This document shows positions 51,411 through 61,607 of a DNA stretch of 64,000 bases, piece after piece. The translations under genes were made by a program, and so were the position numbers. The notes under the pieces are model-generated. The model searched no databases. It was not told where the DNA came from and saw nothing but the letters and a program-made list of their open reading frames with translations. The stretch's first letter is position 1, and every line of letters starts with the position of its first letter. Source of the stretch: Basidiobolus meristosporus CBS 931.73 (Eukaryota > Fungi > Basidiobolomycota); NCBI GenBank assembly GCA_002104905.1, contig MCFE01000101.1, positions 108,276 through 172,275 on the forward strand, in the 5' to 3' direction.

Positions 51411-52036
51411 AGAAGTAGTAAAGACAAAGGTATTGATTGACAACTGCTTCTACAAAGATCCAATACAAATAATATCTGGTTGAAGCCAGCATAAACATCG
51501 CAAATATTTCCAGCCAAGTAGAGATAAATACAATTTCGGGGGTAAAATGGATGTATTTGATAAAATATATCCGGTACATTGAATGTCACTTCGAGGCTTT
51601 GTGGAGTGCTACAATTCGAAATACTTGCAACAAAGCCATCAGAAGTAATCAACATATTTACCGATGATTCAGTATGTAGATAGATTGTGGGGGTTGTAAG
51701 TCGTGCTTTCAGGCTTTGAAATATTGGGGCACCATCTAAAGCGAAAGTAAAGTCTCTGCCAACTATTCGCAATTAGGGTGACCAACGGCTTACCTATTGC
51801 TTAGTCAGTCAATGCGATTTCCTATCAGCAACGAGAGTGGATCTCTACTCTTGGCGCTTCGATTACGTTATGCCCTTCTATTTTCATCGTCAGGTGGGAA
51901 TATCACACTTGAGCGCTTCTTGTCGTATTCATTTCTTATGCGGTGAATGGTTTATAAACCGAAGTATCCATGCACAAAGATCCATCATTAAACCCCTACT
52001 CTATGGCCGCCTACTACTTCTGCCTACCGATTGTAA

Positions 52037-52772
52037 TGGCCGCAGGGTTCGTCTAGCAACGGTACCGATCGGAAGTACACGAACCTCTTCTGCGCCGATA
52101 CCCAAGATTGGTATAGTAGCCAATCTCCCAAAACATGGAGCGTCCTATACGGAACTTCGGTGAATGAGGAGTACAATAGTTTCCCACTAGCCAGCCATTG
52201 CCCATGGACTACTACTGTTTATAAGTGTTACTGTTACTACAAAGATCACAGTTGTCGCCTGAATCCTAGGACATACGACAAAGGCCCCAAGCGATGTGAT
52301 CAGAGCAGCTGTACTGAGACCATTGAAGTGGATATCGAGGATTCTTACACCGCAGAAGGTAGTGTTAATAGCGGTGTGAAAGCATTTGAGGGTCTTCTTG
52401 AGATTGGCGGAGCGGCAAAGTGCTCAACTACCAGCAAGGTCAGCACCAAAAAAACCATCGAGTCTCGCATGGTGAAAGGGGAAAGAAGTGGCAAGTCTCA
52501 ATGCGGTGTGCGATGGCGAGATCTATGCTGAGGTATGGTGTTACAATCTTTTTGGGAAAACTGACCTCCATGAACAAAAGACGTACACAGCCCATAATGA
52601 GGCGCCGATACTGATAGGGGATGCTTTGGCCACTAGCCAGAATTGCTACGACATCAACGATGACCCCGGTGTCAAGGGCAACTGTGATATACCAATAGGA
52701 TCCTGGCTGCCTGAGTTTTTTTACTCCAAGACATTTACAATTTCAATTCTGTATTATCATATCCTTTCATAA
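52037..52772 (+). pseudogene. Frameshifted Cys-rich, probably secreted protein with an aerolysin/ETX-like Ser/Thr-rich hairpin segment
   Basis: One frame is open from 52037 to about 52480 (...CDQSSCTETIEVDIEDSYTAEGSVNSGVKAFEGLLEIGGAAKCSTTSKVSTKKT...). Removing one G from the GGGG run near 52478 joins it to VASLNAVCDGEIYAEVWCY. The putative signal region upstream is out of frame. Confidence 0.45.
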
Positions 52773-53668
52773 AAGATGATTTCTATCGTCAAGTATGAGT
52801 CCCGTGGGTGTGCTTATTGCTTGGAATGCGGTGTCAGCACGATTGTACAAATTGATTTCTAGTAGTGTCAGGTGAGGAGTATTTGCATGCATAATCTTTC
52901 ATAGAAACGCAAACATATAACGTAGTTGATCTGCATGCAATACAGCCGACAGAGATTTTTCAGAAATTGGTGACGCATTCATAACCACCTTGTCGCTTTT
53001 CCGGATGAGCCCTTTTTAAGGCTAATATTAACTAACACATACATGGAAGCCACTGTGAAAATCTCAGTAACGGCAAAAAGCATGCTTCCTAAATTGAGTA
53101 TTACACACCTACTTTATGCCTTGTGAGCAGGTGTCAGTAAAAGACACATTTGGATGTTCTTATAAAAGCAGATCTCTATCCGTTTGTTACGATATGAATT
53201 CCTTGCAACCAGGTGCCAATGATAGTGTTGGTCCCAGCAGCCATATGGTGTGTGATTTGTAAGCTGCATTAACCTATTCGCACTGTACATTATCAATTGA
53301 TACCCCCACTACGGTACACAACTACATATTCCTAGCATGCCATGGATCAGCTGTTCCTTCATTATGTAATTATCTAAGCCTCAATTCCAGATCTTGCGAG
53401 GATGGTTGATTTCTAAACCCTAGCTCTAAGTGGTCATGCACTGGGATTGGATTGATCACGTACTTTCTGTATATCAGAACGGATCAGTCTTTATGTAATC
53501 GGGCATTGCATCAGTTAAGCATGCAGCGGCATTGGATCGAGATCATCCATTATTAAATGGGAGGTAGGAGTATTGAGCTCATACAAAGTTATTTGTGAGA
53601 TAGGTTAGCAAAACTGCTTAGTGTGTACAGTGGGGTTTTCAGTGTTAAATGTTAGAAGCTGAGTTATC

Positions 53669-54493
53669 TTATGGCAGAGATGCAGTGTACGCCAACCACT
53701 GGAGCACGCGATACAACTCATCCGGGCCTGCTACATCCACTGCATGCTGACACTGCAATCCTCCAACAGCAAAGGCCAGGTCTGCCTTCTTGAGCATCGG
53801 TAGGTCGGAAGATCCGTCCCCAGCAGCGATGACAACTCTGTCAGGAAACTGTTTCTTGAGAGTATCCAAGGCTTTTCCCTTGTTCTCAGAAACTAAGCAC
53901 AAATCCACGTAGCCAGGAGTGGGGACACATCTGAAATCACTATCGGATGCCAACTCCGTGACCTTCCCGCAAACAGCAGCATACACTTGCGGTGAGACAT
54001 CTCGAAGATCAACCGCAAAGCCTGCCACTTTCTCATTCACCCTTAGTTTGCCCCAACCTCGCAATCTGAGATAATTTCGCATCTCCAAAAGATATAAGGA
54101 GTAATCTGGAGTATTGCTAGAGCTGACTTGGCCATCAATACCCAAGATTTCCACGCCACATTCAGATGAGATGGCAGCAAAAACATCGCGGCCAGCGTTC
54201 TCGAGTAGATACCCGAGAGCCTGGGCAGAGTTAATGCAGATAGGAAATTGGTGGTTCAAGGCTCGCAGAAAATCCTTGCGGCTTTCCGTCAGCGACCCCC
54301 CAAGACCGGCAAGTGTGCCATCAAAGTCAAACACTCCTAAGAGCCTGCGGCGGTTCGACCAAAGAAATACTATATCACCAGCTGTCATTATCCGAAGAAT
54401 ATCAGGGTGGGAAACACACAGCTTGGTCGCTAGCTGGTCTACCTCATATGGTTCAAGCGAGAATGGCAGCAAAGGGATGGAGAGTGATGGCAT
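53669..54493 (-). CDS. Stand-alone HAD-IIB phosphatase, similar to trehalose-6-phosphate phosphatase, intronless
   Basis: Motif I RRLLGVFDFDGTL, cap NEK..GFAVDLR, motif III ENKGKAL, motif IV AAGDGSSDLPML. First in-frame ATG is 54493; the track's start at 54631 is GTG. Confidence 0.75.
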   Translation of the reverse strand: MPSLSIPLLPFSLEPYEVDQLATKLCVSHPDILRIMTAGDIVFLWSNRRRLLGVFDFDGTLAGLGGSLTESRKDFLRALNHQFPICINSAQALGYLLENAGRDVFAAISSECGVEILGIDGQVSSSNTPDYSLYLLEMRNYLRLRGWGKLRVNEKVAGFAVDLRDVSPQVYAAVCGKVTELASDSDFRCVPTPGYVDLCLVSENKGKALDTLKKQFPDRVVIAAGDGSSDLPMLKKADLAFAVGGLQCQHAVDVAGPDELYRVLQWLAYTASLP

Positions 54494-55279
54494 AGATGGG
54501 TATAGGTGCTGGCAGGAAAGGTGGTTGATGATGGGAAAAGCACTCACCTTATATACCCCACAAGTGGACTGTAGTTTCAGAGGACAGGGTCTAACCCACG
54601 CTGTGACTGGATCGATCTCACTTGTTGTCACATCTTTGATCTGCAGATATGCTAGCTATTTCCATCTTTATATTGCAAGCTCATTTCCCTATTGTTGTGA
54701 GCAAGAGTTTATCTGCTTGCATATCAGCACTAGAATTCTTGACGGACTATTGGAGAGTAAAAGATCCAATCGAAAAAATCCAGTGCAAGGCAAGAGGTGC
54801 CATTCCAAAATACTAACCATCTACAGCTATCCGACTATAAATGAATGCATTACTTCGTTCTCGCTCTCATTTTTTCTCCAATGTCAGACTTGGCGAGGAT
54901 CGACTGCCATTCCTATGTGTGGCAAACAATGCCATGGAATTACTATGAGTACTCCCCAGAGATAGCTTCCAATAGGCGAGTGTGCCAGCCATCGCTATCA
55001 GCCAAACTCCCATGGTTGATGATGCTAGTGATGTTAGAAGGTGATCGCATGGTACATCTCAGCAGGTGAATCTGAATATAGACATGGACTCCTGTGTTAG
55101 TGTCCTAGTATAGAAGACATACTTCCTAGCGGTCAGCTGAAGAATTGTCTAACTCTGCTTGCTTCTTGGGACCGTAACCTAGATAACCTACGGTATATCG
55201 CAATCTAACTGGAAGTTTTTCTTGAGATTATGCGTCACGTAGCTGCAGTATTGTGTATCTGTAGAGTTAGAGCTCATCT

Positions 55280-55935
55280 TCACATGCTGAAGGTGATCGC
55301 ATCCAGAGACACAGATAGCTGATCACAATCAGATCGTTCATAGTGACGAAAACATAGTAAGAGATGAGCTGTGAGCTCCTCGAAGAAGGTTGTAGCAAAG
55401 TAAAGAACATCCCCATACAGTTGGCAGATAGAAACTGACAAAAGACCTAGGTGGCGACCGGGCGTTTGATTGAATACGCTGTGTAGAGTGCTAGGGGGCC
55501 ATCCACGCACTAAATCGGCAAACTGTTAGAGCAATTTAACACTAAAACTATTAACCCGATGGATCTCACCGCCGTGATTCGCTCCATGTTCAATACAAAT
55601 GGATCACTGGAAAGGTAGCGGGAATCACCCTTGGAATACTCCTTCCAGACCTGACCTAAGACAAATTGGTCCCCAGCAAGAGAGGCGTAGTTTTGAATAT
55701 AGTATCCCTCCAAGCCCACGTGAATAAGCCCAGCAAGTACGCACCACATGAATAATAAGCGATCTTGAGTCTTGAGCTTCCTGTTTTCAAGGGCAATTTT
55801 TGCTGCTAGCAGAAGAATCGCTCCGAACGAGCCAAAGACCACGCTCAGAATGTGCCCTGTTCCACTTGTGTTGGGAACATAATGCGGCAAAGAAAGGTTT
55901 CTTGGATAATATGGATGGCTATTGACGGTATTCAT
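55280..55935 (-). pseudogene. EBP-type sterol delta8-delta7 isomerase, frameshifted in exon 2
   Basis: Exon 1 is intact (HPYYPRNL, WCVLAGLIHVGLEGY, WKEYSKGDSRYLSSDPFVLNMERITA). After the intron, CVDGPLALYTAY is in one frame, VFNQTPGRH...SICQLYGDVLYF in a second, and YYVFVTMN in another. Confidence 0.7.
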
Positions 55936-56881
55936 TGATGAACTCGGACGAGTAAACCCCGGCCTTTATAATGGCCACAGGACGGAGGTTCCTATTCATC
56001 CGTCCCGGGCAAACTATTTCTTCCACATTGGCATATGAAACCGCGATTTAGTTGATATTACTCGTTGGAATTTACTGTGTGCAAGCACGCTTATTAGGTA
56101 GCAGCCTTTTCTTGGCGTCTACTTTGTTGTGTTACTTTTTAGCTGCAATCCTACACGGTAAGGAAGTGCCAACCTACGCCTTGGGATTCGCTGTTTTAAA
56201 TGAACTGCCTATTCCAACAATGTCTTTATGATGCAAAGCGTGTTTTGTGTATTCCCACTGTTTTATATGCGGAATATGGAAATACTGGTTAATGTTGTGA
56301 TCAAATGCTTCTTAACATGCAAATGCATCCAACATTGAGAGTGAGATTATAAATGGTATAAAAGATTGGGCATCTTGAACTCAGCACATAAACTAGTGTT
56401 GTATGGTTGCTGGAGGCCAATGTATAATCACTCACTTATTCAGCTAATGGAACTGACCAGCATTATCCTGCTTATAACTGATACCATAGTCAGCTGTATT
56501 TCTTCATAAACCCCAGAAGGGGGGGAGGTAACAATTGCCAACAGGTGGTGTCTTTTTCTCAATAACTCAAATAAAGATTCCAAGTGCTACATTGATGGCT
56601 TTTTTATAAGTAAATACAGAGAAGGGTCATTTTGTGAAAGCCTATAAGATATGTCACTAAGCTCAAGAGGGGTTTCTTGTATCCAGGAGAAAAGTGTAAT
56701 AGAACTCCCAAATAGTTTAACTTAACCTAAGTGACAACTAAGTGCAGAATCTTAGGGGAGGGAAAGTCACCAAGGTAGGTGAAATCTTTATTTGATTTCA
56801 GACAAGTCTAACTACAAATAAAGAAGCCAGCTGGGAATAGAAGATTCCCAAAGTAAAAAACTAAGCTGAGTATGAATAAAT

Positions 56882-57586
56882 CTAAGCTAAAGTTAAGGCA
56901 GTATCCCAGAGTACACTGGAGTTCAGGTTCATGGGGGAGTGAAGTAGATAAGCTTGAGAGATATAATAATCTTTCAGGAAGTGGGCAACAGCAGGTGAAG
57001 GGGAGTTTTTGATAAGTGAAGTGAATCTTGCAAGCAGAGATTCCTCTAACAAGAAGGTCTTGTAAACTGGAGAATCAGGAAACTCTTTAAAGGCATGGTC
57101 AGTAGGCTCCCAGTAAAACTGGTCAGAGACATTTTGAGAGAACTGTTTAGCTATACTTTTGTCAAGTACTACCTCCAGAGTGTGATGGTTGATAAACCTC
57201 ATGTTAACAATCTTGGATAAGTTGTAACCTTGTTGCTTGAGATACATCCTATGCTCAGATATGGGAATAAACTCCACATTGGCAAAGTAGCAGACAGCCC
57301 AGTCAGTAGCAGGAGGCAAATCAGAAGTGGCAGGAAATTCTCTTTTAGTCTTGGGGGGAGCAGCAGGATGTCTTGAGGAGGCAGGAACAGACTTTTTGAC
57401 AGCTTTAGAGTAGGAAGAGTGAGCAGGAGCAGATGATTCTTGGGGAGTCTTGTTGAGAGGAAGAGTTGACACAGGGAGAATAGATTCTTGCAGATCAGAG
57501 AAGGCAGAAAACAGCTTTTGAACATGTTTCTTGAGTAGAGCATTTTCAGCTTCAACAAGTGCAAGCCTTTCCTCAAGGAAGGAAAT
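56882..57586 (-). mobile_element. ORF1/gag-like open frame (234 aa, no 5' ATG) of a non-LTR-type retroelement unit
   Basis: Open from just after TAA at 57589-57587: coiled coil LEERLALVEAENALLKKHVQKL, a Pro/Ser linker, then EHRMYLKQQGYNLSKIVNMRFINHHTLEVVL. It is followed by the same 3' module as the RT unit. Confidence 0.6.
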
Positions 57587-57653
57587 TTAGGGGGGGGGGA
57601 GACAGTCACCAACAGGTGAAATCTTTATTTCAGTTGAAACAAAGAAGCCAGCG

Positions 57654-58697
57654 CTACTGTTGTAGCTTTGATACAAGAGTGTGTAGCTGAGGGGAATTTG
57701 TAGGTAAGTTAATAAGAAGTGATGATAGCTCTTCAGTGCTCAAGACACTGTCCAGTGGGAAGGGGGGTAGCAAGAGAGGTAAGATTGACTTGTGAACAAC
57801 ATTTATGAGGGGAATGTGATAAGGATTGATATTCATCATAAAGGGAGTGTGCTGCTGCAGATATTGCTGCCAAAGGTCTGTCAAGTACTTCAGGTAGGCC
57901 AGCTTGGGTTTTTCTGACTGCAGAATATAGTGAGCAAACGTCTTGACTTCAGGATCTCCAAGTATAGTTCTCCAGCAGGAGCCAGGTGTTGTGTGGTGAG
58001 TTCTCTTCCAGGCCTTAAGCAGTGGGTTGTTGCAGTTGTGAAGTCTGAGGTATAATCTGGTTCTAAGGTAGAGAAGTCTGATCTTATAGGGCATAAGCCC
58101 AAAAGCACCAAGAATAGCATGTCTGTAGGGGCATTTAGGCAAATGAGGCACCAGGGAGGTAATGCACCATACTGCAAGCTTGTCAAGCTTAGTGCAGTCT
58201 CTAGAAGTAAGAGAGAGAAGTGGTAAGCCAAATTCCAGGACAGGGAAGACAAATTGCTTGAGTAGAAGGAGGCAGCTGGGAGCTGAAGTTGTAGGAGGGG
58301 TAACAGCCAGTAGCTTGTGAAGTGCCTGTCTTGCCAGGATAATTCTCTTCTTCAGGTGTGCTCCAGAGTCTAGTCCAGTAGGAAGGAAAGGAAAGCCAAG
58401 ATATGTAGCAGAAACCTGAGCAGGTAGAGTGGAGTTCACCAAGTTGATTGGAGAGCCCAAAGGTACTGTCTTTGCAATGGAAATCTGGAGATTATTCTTC
58501 TGCAGATACTGGTGGATGGTCTGGGAGTCTTGCTGTACATTGGAGGAGGATATTCTGATGTCATCAGCAAAGAGAGTAACCAGGCAGTCAGCTGAGAGTC
58601 TTGGGAAATCATTCAGGAAGATGGCAAACAGTATAGGACCAAGCACAGAGCCTTGAACCACTCCATTAGAAACTGAGAACACAGCTGATTGCTCACT
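57654..58697 (-). mobile_element. Non-LTR (LINE-type) reverse transcriptase, 5' part cut by the copia insertion
   Basis: GVVQGSVLGPILFAIFLND, LFADDI, KT, TYLG, FVFPVLEFG; the open frame abuts the LTR exactly at 58697/58698. The track's MEIQIFTT N-terminus comes from LTR sequence. Confidence 0.9.
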
Positions 58698-61607
58698 TGT
58701 TGTAAAAATTTGTATTTCCACCTAAATATTCACCTAACTTAGTCACTTAGATCATTACCTTCAAATCCTAGAAAATACTGACCAAATTCCTTGTCGGGAT
58801 TTACTTAGAATATTTTCACCAAAATACCAGGTACCCAGAACATGAAAATTCTCAAAGTTGTCCAAACAGCCCCAAACTTTGCACACATGTTCTTGGGACC
58901 TTCCTTAACCTATTCTACGTGTTTGTAATGCCAAGACCAGATAAAAGTATAAATACCACTTTTACATTCAATAAATCATTAAGTGAAAACCACATAATCT
59001 ACTTGTTCTCCCAATCACTTCCAATATCTCCAAGACTCTTACAACAGGTTATGAGCCCCGAGCTGTCACTCTCTGCAATGTCTACTACTGCTATTACTGG
59101 AATTTTTCCCTCTGCTGAAAAGTTGGATGGATCTAACTACCAAGTGTGGAAGGTGAAGATGAAGATGCTGCAACAAGAAAGAGGCCTTTGGGATATTGTC
59201 ATGGGAGAAGAATGCCCTCCTAAAAACATGGGAGAGGAAGCCTTAAAGTACCAGAAGAAAGAACAAAGTGCCTTTAACTGCATTTGCCTTAATGTCAAGG
59301 ACAAATTGCTAATTCAATGCTCAAGAGCAAAAACGGCAAAGAATGCCTGGAAAGCATTAGAAGACACCTACCAGTCATGTTCAGCTGCCAAGAAAATGTA
59401 TCTGAGAAGAAAATTCTTTACAACAAAGATGCTGCCAGGAGAAGAAATGAAAAATCTAATTAACAGAATTACCCTGCTGGTAGATGAGATGGAATCTGTG
59501 GGCGTACCAACTACTGATGAGGATGTGATAGTTACCATCCTGAATAGCCTGACAGACGAGTTTCAGGGCCTTGTATCAGCCCTAGAGTCCAGAACTGAAG
59601 ATTTGACCTTAAATTACGTATATGGAAGGCTCCTGGATGAAGAATTAAGAAAATCAAGCGCCAATAAGAAGGAAGAAGAAAATGCTTTAATAAGCAATGA
59701 TAACCAGCAAAGGAGGTACCCAAGACCCTACAAAGGCAACAGCAACCTATTTTGCAACTACTGCAAAAGGAAAGGACACACATCAGACCGGTGTTTCAAA
59801 AAGAGAGATTATCAGCAAAAGAAGCCTGAATATGGAAATGCTGCAACAACTGAAGATAGACTATTCATATCTGCACTAAATATGACCACAAACAAGGATT
59901 CTCAGACGTGGTATATTGACTCTGGAGCTTCTCAACACTTTACACACCAAAAAGAACTTTTTACCCAATATCAAGAAATTCCAATTAAGAAGGTTTTCAT
60001 GGGTGACAATAGAACACTTGATGCAGTGGGAGAAGGAACTATCCAAGTATACCTTAGAAGCAGTGAAGGAAGCCATACACTGACCTTTCAAGAAGTACTC
60101 TATGTACCAGAAATAGCCAAGAACCTACTCTCTGTAAGCAAGGCCACAGCAGAAGGACTCAGTTTCAGTTTTGACAATTCTGGATGCAGGATCACTGATC
60201 AAAATGGTGCCCATATTGCTTCGGGCATCAGAGATCAGAACCTATACAAGTTGACTTATATTCCATCATATCTGGAAGCCAATATAAGTAACTTAAATGA
60301 AGAAACACCAATGCTTTGGCACAGGAGATTTGGACACATCAATTTTGATTATTTGCGTAAAATGATCAAAGATCAGCTAATTTCTGGAGTGAAAATTGAT
60401 CCCCCAGCTAATTTGGAGCACTGTGAAGCCTGCATATATGGGAAACAAGCCAGACAACTGTTCAAGAGCTCTGGGTTAATCAAAACTAAGAAAAAATTAG
60501 ATCTAATTCACTCAGATCTGTGTGGACCTATGCAAAATTTATCCTTAGGCGGGATGAAGTATTTAATCACTTTTATTGATGATTAAACAAGATACACATG
60601 GGTCTACTACATGGAGAGAAAGGAAGAAGCTCTGTCTAAGCTCAGGGAGTTTAAAGCCATGGTGGAGAGAGAAACTGGTGAAAAAATCAAGAAAATACGC
60701 TCTGACAATGGTGGAGAATATAACTCAAAACTCTTCATCCACTTCTGCAAAGTTCATGGGATAAAGCAAGAGACTACTGTACCATACTCCCCACAGCAAA
60801 ATGGAGTAGCAGAACAAGCTAACAGATCAATAATTGATATGGCAAGATCTATGATCCATGATCAAAAATTATCCTATGATTTTTGGGCGGAATCAGTTGC
60901 CATTGCTGTATATCTTAAAAATAGGAGTTATAACAGAATACTTTATGATTCTACTCCATTTGAAGCATGGTATGGATACAGACCAAGTGCAGAACATCTA
61001 AGAATATTTGGGTGTACAGCATATGCCAAAAAACTGGCCGGAAATCAGTCAAAATTTGAGCCAAAAAGTGTAAAATGCATATTTTTGGGCTACTGCAATG
61101 AGAGTAAGGCATACAGACTGTACAATACCAAAGCAAAGAAGCTGATCAAGTCCAGGGATGTGTTGTTTGATGAAAATTCAAAATTTTCACAAAAAATGAC
61201 ATCAGATGATGACGAAAATTTGATCTCAAGTCCACCAATTGTCAGGATTGAATCAGAGCAAAACAATGAAAATTTTTTCACTCCAGAGGACTCTACAACC
61301 GTGGTTCAGCCAGAATCAGTGCCCAGGAATATCCCAGAAGTGATCATTCCAGTATCAAATGCCCGGAGATCAAATTGGACAAGAAATAGCCCAAATTACT
61401 ATATTAATGAGGGTACAAACTTAGCCTATGCCTATTCAGTCCATATTGATGAACCCCAAACTGTAAAAGAGGCCCTAAATAGCCCTCAGACAAAGTTTTG
61501 GAGATCTGCAATGACTGAGGAATATCAGGCCCTGATGGAAAATCAAACTTGGACTTAGTCAAATTACCAATCAACCAAAAATCAATTGGATGCAGATGGG
61601 TCTTCAA
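58698..61607 (+). mobile_element. Ty1/copia element A: 5' LTR 58698-59046, gag-PR-IN and start of RT; defective and interrupted
   Basis: 349-bp LTR with TGTTGTAA...TTACAACA ends. Gag LDGSNYQVWK, zinc knuckle CNYCKRKGHTSDRC, protease WYIDSGASQH, GAG-pre-integrase LWHRRFGH, integrase IHSDLCGP. In-frame TAA at 60584-86 and a 1-nt deletion at about 61553. Predicted TSD is TCACT. Confidence 0.95.
59047..59058 (+). promoter_or_regulatory. Primer-binding site of the copia/Ty5 (half initiator-tRNA-Met) type
   Basis: GGTTATGAGCCC directly follows the LTR end ...TTACAACA. Confidence 0.85.

Noticed and set aside
51389-51772. 127-aa minus-strand ORF
   Set aside because: Non-ATG start and no motif or signal peptide; it runs into a repeat relic.
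54114-54965. 283-aa plus-strand ORF overlapping the HAD gene
   Set aside because: Largely antisense to a gene with clear catalytic motifs; no family features.
58919-59050. N-terminal extension of the gag ORF in the track (MFVMPRPDK...)
   Set aside because: Lies inside the LTR U3/R/U5; gag more plausibly starts at ATG 59051 or 59078.
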